Shown here piece after piece: positions 28,669-37,728 of a DNA stretch of 64,000 nt. The position numbers and the translations under genes are program-made. Position 1 is the stretch's first letter. Each line of letters begins with the position of its first letter. The notes below the pieces were generated by a model. The model searched no databases. It saw nothing but the letters and a program-made list of their open reading frames with translations, and had not been told where the DNA came from. This DNA is from Bacteroidales bacterium (lineage in GTDB: Bacteria > Bacteroidota > Bacteroidia > Bacteroidales > VadinHA17): positions 15,240-79,239 of the forward strand of contig PMIJ01000114.1 in NCBI GenBank assembly GCA_003157015.1, in the 5' to 3' direction.

Positions 28669-28782
28669 ACCTGCTTTTTCGATAAATTAATTATTCTGTC
28701 TTCCCTTTGTGCTACTTTGTACTTTACTTTGTGATTAAATTAATTAGTTTTACCACAAAGGAACACTAAGGCCTTTTTAGCG

Positions 28783-31700
28783 CTATTTTTTTAATGCATT
28801 TCGAAAATCATCCGATGTAACAACTCTGGTATTGTAATCCTTCAGATACTTCTGATGTTCATCATCCTTTGGATAAATATCAGATGCAGACGGTGGATAG
28901 CTTTTCATGCCATGGAAAGGAAGCGGCAGAACCGTGCTTCCAAGCGCTGTGTTTATATCACCGTCCTTCACCCAGCCTACGGTGTGAATCAGGAAATCTC
29001 TTTTCCACCCTTTCGTTAATTCCGGCAATACCCTGGAGTCAAACTCAACTGATGTTTCATCGCCTGCATTTGAAATAATATATTTGTTATCAGATTTCTT
29101 AAGCAGGGGCAATACATCACCGTAACGGGTATAATTGCCTGACAGATCGCGCCATTTGACAGCTTTATCAACACTGGAATAGTCAAACCAGTGAGGACCG
29201 TACCGGCCGCCTTTTCTGTAGCTATGTGAAAACCCTCTGTAATGCAAATCAGCTGCAACCGGATTAAGTATTGTTGAAACCACGGGAGCGTTTGAGACAT
29301 TATCAGAGAAAAAGATATAATCCCAATAGATCTCCATATTTGTTCTGATCCTTATCCTGTGATCTGCTGACAGGAACTTGCCTGACAGATCGGCAATTAC
29401 GGTCTTATCTTTTCCCATTGGAAATCCCAGGTTCTCAGTAACCGTTTCCCATTCGCCTTTTTTATTAATCACCTGTACGAAGGGACGGAAAACTTTCAGT
29501 GCAGAGGATTGTGAAATAGCAACATTAATACTGGCATCGGTAGGAAAAATCCAGCCATTCAGGAAAAGGAATAGATTCTTGTTTTTTCCCACATCGCCCG
29601 GATCAAGAATAAGATCGTGCATCTCCACAACTCCCTGGTATTTATCAGGTCCAAAGTCAGAGAGATATTTATCATCCTTTGCAGAAATGAATGAAAGAAC
29701 ATCGTTCCCCTGTGAATCTGTAGCACTCAGAGGGATGTGCTTTCCTTTAACCTCGAATAACTTATTGCCCGGGAAGGGTGGGGGAGAAAACTGTTCAGGA
29801 ACAAAAATATCTACAGAATCAGGATGATCGACAGCAACCAGTTGCACCTGATCGAAGAACATAGTCTCCCAAAGTTCTGATGTAAGCTGTATAGAGTATA
29901 TTCCGTTTCTTGGTTTCAGTAATTCGCCCGGTATCTTAATATAATCATCGGATGCATCGGGGAATGCGTATGCGGTATTGCCCCCCATTATTCCGAGCGG
30001 CATACCGAGAGCGCTTCTCCACATGACATCCTTTACAAAGGTAAATTCGTTTCCATCCCATGTGTATAGAAACGGACATGATCCTTTAAGTGTTTGTGCC
30101 TCAATCAGCGCCTGATTAGTTCCCGTTGATAAAATATTCTGCGGTACTCCATTGGTCCATGTGATCCTTATATTATCAGCTTTTGCCCTGTTTCCCAGTC
30201 CGAAATGTATATTTGGATCAGTGACTACCATAGACTGGTAAAGATCACCGGCACGTATTTCAACCTTTGCTCCAATCCCGAAATGATTATTCTTGGCGCT
30301 TCCTGCTCTTAACCCCACAAGCTTCATAGTTACATAATGGTTCAAATTTCCACCATCATTCCGTAAAAGGGTAACACCTCCATTTAATCCTGCAATAACT
30401 ATATCAATATCGCCGTCATCATTATAATCAAATAAAGCTATCTGGTTTCCTGATCTGGGTTCTTCGGGCAGAAGTCTGGAGACATCTTCAAAATTACCTT
30501 TCCCGTCATTATGATAAAGGAATACTCCGCGACCGCCTTTTTCATCAGATTCACCTGCAACAATAAGATCCTGATAACCATCATTATCAAAATCAAAGAA
30601 TTTAGCATCATAAACTTTTACATGTTTTAATGCAGCGAACATCTGATTTGAATTCTTTGCAAGTTCAAAAGTGCCATTACCCTTGTTTCGCATTAGCTCA
30701 TGATCACCTCCATTAACTGATGTGATGAAAAGGTCAGGAAATCCGTCATTATTATAATCTCCCACTGCCACTGCACCCGATCCTCCTTTACTTTTAAGAC
30801 CGCTGGCTTCAGTAATATCCTTAAAATTGCCCTGACGCTGATTTGAAAATAAGGTATTGCTTGAATTCTCATTTACTACGAACAGGTCAATGTCCCCATC
30901 GTCATCAAAATCTCCAAATGCTGCCTCGCGGCTATTGGCGTTCTTACACGACATTCCCATTTTTTCTGCCTGCTCCTGAAAAGTGCCATCTCCATTATTC
31001 CTGAACATCAGATTTGAATTCGATCCTGTTTCATATAAGTCAAGATCTCCGTCATGGTCCATATCGAAGAATAATGCTCTGTTTCCACCGGTTTTGCTGC
31101 CTATATGTGCTTTCTCAGTGACATTTTCAAAAATTCCTTTTCCGGCATTTCTGTATAATATATCACCGCCTTCTCTTGCAATAAAAAGGTCGAGAAATCC
31201 ATCGTTGTCGTAATCAGCAAATGCAGCCGATGATTCCTTACCCGAATGCTTTATTCCGGCTTCTTCTGAAACATCTTTAAACCTGCCCATATCATTGTTC
31301 ATCAGGTAATGCTTATAAGTCGAGGAAGCCTGATCATAGCTGCCCACATAGAGGTCAACATCTCCATCGCTGTCATAATCAGCTGCTTCCACATGAGTGG
31401 AATATCTGAATTCCGTATTCTTATCATCAATATTCGCCGGGATAATATTTAAACCGGCTGCGGCTGTAGCATCGGTAAATTTTATTGCAGAAAGAATTGA
31501 TTTATTTTCCCATGATTCTGATACAGGCTGCTGGTCATAAGAAATCAAAGGGAAACCGACTAATGATCCTCCGGGTCCTTTTAAATCCATGATACCGGCC
31601 TGGTAAGGTGAGGTAACTTTAAGATAATTATGGAATATTGTAAATTGAACTATTGCATTTTCCTTATCGGCCTTTTTCAGTAAAGAGAGTGTTTTGTTGT

Positions 31701-32340
31701 AATAATCAATGGCTTCCTTAGGGAACTCAGGAAATTGTTTATGAATAGTTTCCAGCTGTTCAGTTGCTTTGTCATAATCCCCGTTGCGGATGTAAATATC
31801 AGTCAGACTTAGTTTAGGGACAAGATTATCAGGAGCTTTCGCAACCAGCTGTAGCAATAAATTCTTCCTTTCCTGTATTGATGCGGTATCTGTTGCCGAC
31901 GAAAATAATTCAGTAAGATCATATAGAATTTTAACATGGTCGGGAGCAAATTTAAGAGCCTCTTTAAGTTCTGAGACAGCTTTTGCACGTTCATCATTCA
32001 TCTGGTACACCGTAGCCAGCAATAATCTTATATCCGCATCTTTAGGGTCAATTTTTATGGCTTCAAACAACTGCTTTTTTGCTTCAGGATATTTACCCAT
32101 TCTTAAATATGCCAGGCCCAGATTTGCATATCCGAGCTTCTCCTTAGGAGCCATTTTGATGAATTTTAAAAACTCCTTTTCTGCGTCATCAAGTTTGAAT
32201 TCCTCAAGATCTGCAAGACCAAGGGTCTGGGTCGTCATCAATTCGACCGATTTTTGTTTTGCGTCTTTTGCAGTATCCTTGCAGCTTAAAAGAAAAGAGA
32301 AGCAAAATGCAATTAGTAATAAAATGATATATTTATTCAT
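28783..32340 (-). CDS. Large lipoprotein: TPR repeats + FG-GAP propeller + ASPIC/UnbV + uncharacterised C-terminal domain
   Basis: Lipobox LLSC; TPR helices (YANLGLAYLRMG); many DxDxDGxxD loops; IHFGLG..ITWTNG; then about 430 aa starting GSCPFLYTWDG. Confidence 0.85.
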   Translation of the reverse strand: MNKYIILLLIAFCFSFLLSCKDTAKDAKQKSVELMTTQTLGLADLEEFKLDDAEKEFLKFIKMAPKEKLGYANLGLAYLRMGKYPEAKKQLFEAIKIDPKDADIRLLLATVYQMNDERAKAVSELKEALKFAPDHVKILYDLTELFSSATDTASIQERKNLLLQLVAKAPDNLVPKLSLTDIYIRNGDYDKATEQLETIHKQFPEFPKEAIDYYNKTLSLLKKADKENAIVQFTIFHNYLKVTSPYQAGIMDLKGPGGSLVGFPLISYDQQPVSESWENKSILSAIKFTDATAAAGLNIIPANIDDKNTEFRYSTHVEAADYDSDGDVDLYVGSYDQASSTYKHYLMNNDMGRFKDVSEEAGIKHSGKESSAAFADYDNDGFLDLFIAREGGDILYRNAGKGIFENVTEKAHIGSKTGGNRALFFDMDHDGDLDLYETGSNSNLMFRNNGDGTFQEQAEKMGMSCKNANSREAAFGDFDDDGDIDLFVVNENSSNTLFSNQRQGNFKDITEASGLKSKGGSGAVAVGDYNNDGFPDLFITSVNGGDHELMRNKGNGTFELAKNSNQMFAALKHVKVYDAKFFDFDNDGYQDLIVAGESDEKGGRGVFLYHNDGKGNFEDVSRLLPEEPRSGNQIALFDYNDDGDIDIVIAGLNGGVTLLRNDGGNLNHYVTMKLVGLRAGSAKNNHFGIGAKVEIRAGDLYQSMVVTDPNIHFGLGNRAKADNIRITWTNGVPQNILSTGTNQALIEAQTLKGSCPFLYTWDGNEFTFVKDVMWRSALGMPLGIMGGNTAYAFPDASDDYIKIPGELLKPRNGIYSIQLTSELWETMFFDQVQLVAVDHPDSVDIFVPEQFSPPPFPGNKLFEVKGKHIPLSATDSQGNDVLSFISAKDDKYLSDFGPDKYQGVVEMHDLILDPGDVGKNKNLFLFLNGWIFPTDASINVAISQSSALKVFRPFVQVINKKGEWETVTENLGFPMGKDKTVIADLSGKFLSADHRIRIRTNMEIYWDYIFFSDNVSNAPVVSTILNPVAADLHYRGFSHSYRKGGRYGPHWFDYSSVDKAVKWRDLSGNYTRYGDVLPLLKKSDNKYIISNAGDETSVEFDSRVLPELTKGWKRDFLIHTVGWVKDGDINTALGSTVLPLPFHGMKSYPPSASDIYPKDDEHQKYLKDYNTRVVTSDDFRNALKK

Positions 32341-32575
32341 ACTAATCAGGTTTTTTAAAGACAACAATGTTATTCTATGCTTCTGAAATGGCATTGTTAA
32401 TTCGCTTTTTAACTTTGTGTTCCTTGGTGACGTACTTAGTGCTCTTTGTGGTTCATTATTTACAATTTACCACAAAGGTACTCGAAGGTTTTCACTAAGG
32501 TACACGAAGGGCTAATTGGACATTCAGTTTGTTATTTTTATCAAAATTATGAAATTAAAGGAACATAACCCGTGT

Positions 32576-33700
32576 TTACTTTTCAACCGACACTGGAATT
32601 CCATTTTTTATTTGCATCAAACCGGGAGTGCCCATGCGTTTCCCTTTATTATCAAACTGAATTGGTCCGGTCACCCCGGTATAATGAATTTTTGACAAAT
32701 AATTTTGAATCTCTCTGCGCTCGGTACCGGCATTTTTAATAGCTTCAATAAGTAAATTTATGCCATCAAATGAATATGCAGCAACCGCACCCGGTACTTT
32801 GCCATAGTTTTTTTGAAACTCCTCCCGGAAGGATAAACCCTTTGACCCCGATAAGTTTACTGAAGAGACAAAAACAACATTCTCATACGATTTCATATCC
32901 AGTTCTGAAATATCATTTTCATCCAGAAGAGCTAAAGATCCAAATAAAGGCTGAATCATTTTCCTTTTTCTAAACTCATCAATTAATTTTATGGAAGCTG
33001 CAGGTTTGCCAAACATAACAATAGCTTTTATGTCAGCATTATTGATCCGGTCGATTAAGCTTTTAAAATCTTTATTATTATTATCATATAATAGTTGCAA
33101 CGGATCAGTTTTACCTTCAAGCTTTGTCTGTTTCACAAAATTTTCAAGTGCCAGTTTCGAGTCATAATCATTCCCTGAAACGGCTGCTATTTTAGTAAGT
33201 TTTCTTTTATCATAAATTTCTTCAATAAGAGCATCTGCCTGTTGAATATCAGTTGGTGCACAGCTGAAGTACCATGGTACAAACGCCTCGGCCAGAGTAG
33301 GGTCACTTGCCCATGAAGATAAATAGACTATCCTTGTTTTTGCAGCGACCTGTTCAATAAGATGCCCGTTTCTACCATCGCCTGAACTCATCAGAGCGCA
33401 TACGTTATCTTCAAAAATAAGGCTGACTGCCTGGTTGGAGCCGGTTCCCCACGGACCTTCCATTGAACGAACGACTAACTGGAAGGGCTTGTTCCTGTAG
33501 CCTCCCTGCTCATTGGCTTTGCGGATTGCCATTTCTGCACCATTTACTGCAGACAGGGAGTTATTATCAGAAATTAACAGTCCGATTTTCACAGTCTTAT
33601 CAGACTCTTCATGCTTTTTGCCGGACTGTAAGTCAGATGCAATGAATCCGGAGAGTACTGAAATGAGACAGACAGGCAATAGTAGTTTCTGTAATTTCAT
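32576..33700 (-). CDS. Leu/Ile/Val-type periplasmic solute-binding protein (orphan)
   Basis: VKIGLL..GAEMAI..AN..GG, AAYSFDG and GVTGPIQFD..G.R motifs. Confidence 0.85.
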   Translation of the reverse strand: MKLQKLLLPVCLISVLSGFIASDLQSGKKHEESDKTVKIGLLISDNNSLSAVNGAEMAIRKANEQGGYRNKPFQLVVRSMEGPWGTGSNQAVSLIFEDNVCALMSSGDGRNGHLIEQVAAKTRIVYLSSWASDPTLAEAFVPWYFSCAPTDIQQADALIEEIYDKRKLTKIAAVSGNDYDSKLALENFVKQTKLEGKTDPLQLLYDNNNKDFKSLIDRINNADIKAIVMFGKPAASIKLIDEFRKRKMIQPLFGSLALLDENDISELDMKSYENVVFVSSVNLSGSKGLSFREEFQKNYGKVPGAVAAYSFDGINLLIEAIKNAGTERREIQNYLSKIHYTGVTGPIQFDNKGKRMGTPGLMQIKNGIPVSVEK

Positions 33701-33720
33701 CAAAAGACCTCACTATTTTT

Positions 33721-34602
33721 TCATATATGGGCAGCTTTGAGTGTTGAAATTCCTCTCCCTACAGCCTTGGCAATTTTATTCAGACCGGCCATAAGGAGTC
33801 TGAATTCATCAAGGTTAAGCGACTGATAGCCGTCACAAATTGCTTCTTCAGGTTTATAATGCACTTCCATGATTAACCCATCCGCGCCAACCGCTATAGC
33901 AGCCTTTGACATAGAAGGCACCATCCATCTCAGGCCTGTTCCGTGACTTGGGTCAACGATTACCGGAAGATGGCTGAGCCGTTTCAGCATGGGAACAGCG
34001 CTCAGATCGAGTGTATTCCTTGTGGAGGTTTCGAATGTCCTTATTCCACGCTCACATAAAATAACCTGGTCGTTACCCTGATTAAGAATATACTCAGCGG
34101 CAAGCAGGAACTCGTCAATTGTTGCCATCATACCACGCTTCAGTAAAACAGGTTTTTTGCACATACCAGCCTCCTTTAGGAGAGGATAGTTCTGCATATT
34201 ACGCGATCCGATCTGAATCATGTCGGCATATGAAGCGACCATCTCAACCTGTCTTGTATCCATTACTTCTGTTACAACGGGCAAACCTATCTCTTTACTT
34301 ATAATACTGAGCAACTTCAATCCTTCTTCTCCAAGTCCCTGAAAATTATATGGTGAAGAGCGTGGTTTGAATGCTCCGCCTCTCAGAATGCCTGCACCAT
34401 GGGCTTTTACAGACCTGGCAGTTTCGAAAAGCTGTTCGCGGCTCTCGACGGCACATGGTCCGGCAATAACTACTATTTCAGCTCCTCCAACCAGCACGCC
34501 GTTAATATTCACTATAGTGTCTTTCTGTGATGGCTTCCGGCTCACTTTAGAAGGAATAGCAGACTTTCCGTTTACATTATTATTGCATGGATTTGTTTCC
34601 AT
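33721..34602 (-). CDS. aroF: DAHP synthase (type I-beta) without a regulatory domain
   Basis: [40 protein letters not shown] and VDPSHGTG motifs. Probable start METNPC. Confidence 0.92.
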   Translation of the reverse strand: METNPCNNNVNGKSAIPSKVSRKPSQKDTIVNINGVLVGGAEIVVIAGPCAVESREQLFETARSVKAHGAGILRGGAFKPRSSPYNFQGLGEEGLKLLSIISKEIGLPVVTEVMDTRQVEMVASYADMIQIGSRNMQNYPLLKEAGMCKKPVLLKRGMMATIDEFLLAAEYILNQGNDQVILCERGIRTFETSTRNTLDLSAVPMLKRLSHLPVIVDPSHGTGLRWMVPSMSKAAIAVGADGLIMEVHYKPEEAICDGYQSLNLDEFRLLMAGLNKIAKAVGRGISTLKAAHI

Positions 34603-34621
34603 TATTGCTTCGTTTATTTTA

Positions 34622-35935
34622 TTAATAGCCTCCTGTCGAACTTCCGCGTTTGTATTTCTGATCAAGCGGGGGAGCAGGAGAAAATACAAATTTTCCGTTA
34701 TGAACTTCGGCAATGAAAATATCTCTGATGTTGTTCCAGCTTCCATCCAGTATTATCTTGCCGGTAACTCCGTCATAATTCTGAAAAGTCTTTCTGTCAG
34801 TTAGCAGATCACGGATAAGCACCCTGTTTAATCCGGCTTTCCTGATAGCCTCAATTATAATGTTCATTCCATCATAAGAATGTGCAGCGAATACATCAGG
34901 TTCCTGGCCGAATCTCTTTAAATAATTAGCCTGGAATGCTTTCAGCTTTGGATTATCTGATGTCGGATTATATTGACATGTGGTAATGATTCCTTCAGCC
35001 AATGGCCCGGCAATCGTAAGAAATTCGGGATTCACAACCCGGTCGGAAAAATATACCGGTTGTTTTAGTCCGATTGCACGCATCTGTTTCAGAATAAGTC
35101 CCGACTCTTTTGCATTTCCCCAAACGAGAATTGCATCGGGGTTTGTAACCATAATTCTTTCCAGCTGTGTTTTAAAATCAGTTTCTCCATCATTGAACCT
35201 CTCCTCAATGATCATTGGATGTCCGACACGTGTAGCATTCTCCGAAAAGATTTTTATTCCGACTCTGCCATACCTGTTGTTGGCCCTGATGACAGCGACA
35301 CGGGCATGGCCGTCTTTTTTGTATATTCTGGTAACCAATTGATATCCGCTCTGCCTGTCGTCGGGGATGACACGATTCAGCCATGGTATATTTGTCTCTG
35401 TAAAAGTCGGATCAGGATCACCGACACATAGCATGAAAATTTCCAGCTTTAATGCTGCTCGTAAGGCCACATGGGAAACTATATCATCAATTGACCCCAT
35501 GAATATCCATACTTTTTCATCATCCATTTTAACCACTTCATTTGCAGCGGCTCCCCACAATCCGGCATCATTGTGTGGCATTAAAACGAAAGGAATTCCC
35601 TTGTAGCCGCCATTTTTGTTAGCCTCCTCCATTGCAAGTTTTGCACCCTGTAACATTTGTATTCCCTGAGGCACCATTACTGAACCACTAAGAGGCCCAA
35701 GAAATCCTATTCTTACTTCTTTAAGATCAGCAGGTGCTTTTAATTCACGTCCGGCACCATAGAACTGAATAGGGTTGAGGAAATGGTACATATACGCTTT
35801 CGTATATTTCTGATACGGGAAAAGTTCATCGGGAGCTTTGCCATAATTTTGTTTCTGTTCCTGTCCGTTTAAAATTGAAGCTGGCACAAAAAGTGTGATC
35901 AGAAAAGCTGCTGCTAAAAAATGTCTAGTTTTCAT
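34622..35935 (-). CDS. Leu/Ile/Val-type periplasmic solute-binding protein (orphan)
   Basis: Signal peptide; [36 protein letters not shown] and GVTGKI motifs. Confidence 0.88.
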   Translation of the reverse strand: MKTRHFLAAAFLITLFVPASILNGQEQKQNYGKAPDELFPYQKYTKAYMYHFLNPIQFYGAGRELKAPADLKEVRIGFLGPLSGSVMVPQGIQMLQGAKLAMEEANKNGGYKGIPFVLMPHNDAGLWGAAANEVVKMDDEKVWIFMGSIDDIVSHVALRAALKLEIFMLCVGDPDPTFTETNIPWLNRVIPDDRQSGYQLVTRIYKKDGHARVAVIRANNRYGRVGIKIFSENATRVGHPMIIEERFNDGETDFKTQLERIMVTNPDAILVWGNAKESGLILKQMRAIGLKQPVYFSDRVVNPEFLTIAGPLAEGIITTCQYNPTSDNPKLKAFQANYLKRFGQEPDVFAAHSYDGMNIIIEAIRKAGLNRVLIRDLLTDRKTFQNYDGVTGKIILDGSWNNIRDIFIAEVHNGKFVFSPAPPLDQKYKRGSSTGGY

Positions 35936-35944
35936 GATTGTGAA

Positions 35945-36532
35945 TTAATTTGATTTACAGATTGCATAGACTTCAATTTCGACAAGAAGGGTTTCCCAGC
36001 ACAATCTTGCCTGAATACCTGTACTGGCCGGCAGTGGATCGAGCTTCATCCATGTATAGAAGGATGTACGGATCTTATTGAATTCTGCATAATCCCTTTC
36101 AATATCCCTGAGATAGTTTGTTGTTCTTACAACATCATGCCAGCTCATTCCTTCTGCAGACAACAGATTGGTAATATTTACATAAGTTCTCCATAACTGG
36201 GCTTTAAAATCGCCGATATGCTCTGCCTTGCCTTCTTCGTTTACGCTGGCAGTGCCTGAAATGAGCAATACCTTATGACCTCCGAAATCCAGACGTAATG
36301 CACGGGAAAAGGAAGATGGTTTTTGATAGTTATATGCTTCATTTATAACATGTGGAGCATGAACAACAAGTTTTTCAATAGGAGGACGATCTTCATGTAC
36401 CTCAGGATATTTATAGGTGTTAATTTCATTATAATCAGATAATATACCAAGCTTTTTCATCTCGAGTTTTTCTCCATCAGTAAGCTTTGACAGATCAATG
36501 AGTAATTGTTTTTTCTCTATTATCTCAATCAT
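35945..36532 (-). CDS. Rid (YjgF/YER057c/UK114) fold protein, chorismatase-like
   Basis: FSRA, ISGTAS, H.GD..AQ and LC...LLVEIE. Has PAST where RidA has PAR(S/T). Confidence 0.75.
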   Translation of the reverse strand: MIEIIEKKQLLIDLSKLTDGEKLEMKKLGILSDYNEINTYKYPEVHEDRPPIEKLVVHAPHVINEAYNYQKPSSFSRALRLDFGGHKVLLISGTASVNEEGKAEHIGDFKAQLWRTYVNITNLLSAEGMSWHDVVRTTNYLRDIERDYAEFNKIRTSFYTWMKLDPLPASTGIQARLCWETLLVEIEVYAICKSN

Positions 36533-36572
36533 ATCACAAGTATTAACTCATTCGACTTTTTCAATTTTTCAA

Positions 36573-37709
36573 CTATTTAAGTAATTCTCCACGACTAACA
36601 CCTTTTTCAGTAGCTACCCAAAGCACCTCTTTATCAGCATCGACACCAATAATGAAATTATGAGCTATTGAGGGACTCATTGGAATTTCCCTGGTAGTTT
36701 TATTCGCTGTACTGTCGTCGTCGCGGCTGAAATTGGATATGATAGCTTTCCCGTTACTGTCATTATCATTTTTCTTATAAGTAACCCAGCCTTTCCCGTT
36801 GGTACTGCTTAGCCCGTTGTCGCTGCAAATGAATACCACAGGGCCCTCAGCTCTGACAAAATTGATGAAGTTGCTTGCCAGACCGCAATGTTCTTTAAAG
36901 TAGCCTTTCCAGTGCGTGCCGTCATAGCTGCTTAAACCAAAATAGGTCGATACCCACAGATATCCGGCTCCCCAGGTAGTTGCTGTTGTTATATCATGAA
37001 CTATTCCATCATCGGGGAGTAAGTCAATTTCCATTTCACCGTCAGGATCGGTATAATCCTTGAATTGTTTCGTCTTCTTAGTATATTCGATAACACCGCC
37101 TCCCCAGGCAGCAATAAAAATCTTGCCATCGCCTTCGGAGACACCATAAGTCCAAGGCTCATGCATGGGGGCATTTTGTTCGGTGAATATCTCCCATTGC
37201 CTGGTTGCCGTATCATAATGACCTGCGCCGCCACCAGTGGCTACCCAAACGTCTTTTCCGTCGCATATGACGCAGTAAACCAGATCATTTGGCATGCCGC
37301 TGTTTAACTGAGTGAAATTTTCAAACTTGCCTCCCGACCACCTGCTTAGTCCTCCCAGTGTTCCGATCCAGACATCTCCGGTTACCTGGCTTACATCAAT
37401 GGATAATATTCCATTGTGTGGAAGACCATCAGTTGTGGTATACGTTTTCCACTTCCCATTCTCATAAACAGCCAGTCCATCATGGGTTCCTGCCAATACC
37501 CTGTCACCATCAACACGGACACAATAAACATGATCGGAAGGAAGCCCGTCCTTTGTGGTAAAATTGCGCCAATGACCGTATACTGGCATCTTATTCGCGT
37601 CATCCCTTACATTGGTCTTAACTGAAGGTTGTCCGTTCATGGTGCAGACGCCTGAAAGTATCAATGCAACAATGCCCATAAGAACCTTTTTAACTAATAA
37701 TTTTCCCAT
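36573..37709 (-). CDS. Stand-alone two-component-regulator-type beta-propeller, secreted
   Basis: Repeats of T.DGLP....V..I..D....WxGT.GG; no kinase or transmembrane output domain. Confidence 0.8.
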   Translation of the reverse strand: MGKLLVKKVLMGIVALILSGVCTMNGQPSVKTNVRDDANKMPVYGHWRNFTTKDGLPSDHVYCVRVDGDRVLAGTHDGLAVYENGKWKTYTTTDGLPHNGILSIDVSQVTGDVWIGTLGGLSRWSGGKFENFTQLNSGMPNDLVYCVICDGKDVWVATGGGAGHYDTATRQWEIFTEQNAPMHEPWTYGVSEGDGKIFIAAWGGGVIEYTKKTKQFKDYTDPDGEMEIDLLPDDGIVHDITTATTWGAGYLWVSTYFGLSSYDGTHWKGYFKEHCGLASNFINFVRAEGPVVFICSDNGLSSTNGKGWVTYKKNDNDSNGKAIISNFSRDDDSTANKTTREIPMSPSIAHNFIIGVDADKEVLWVATEKGVSRGELLK

Positions 37710-37728
37710 GATTTTCACTGTTAATAGA

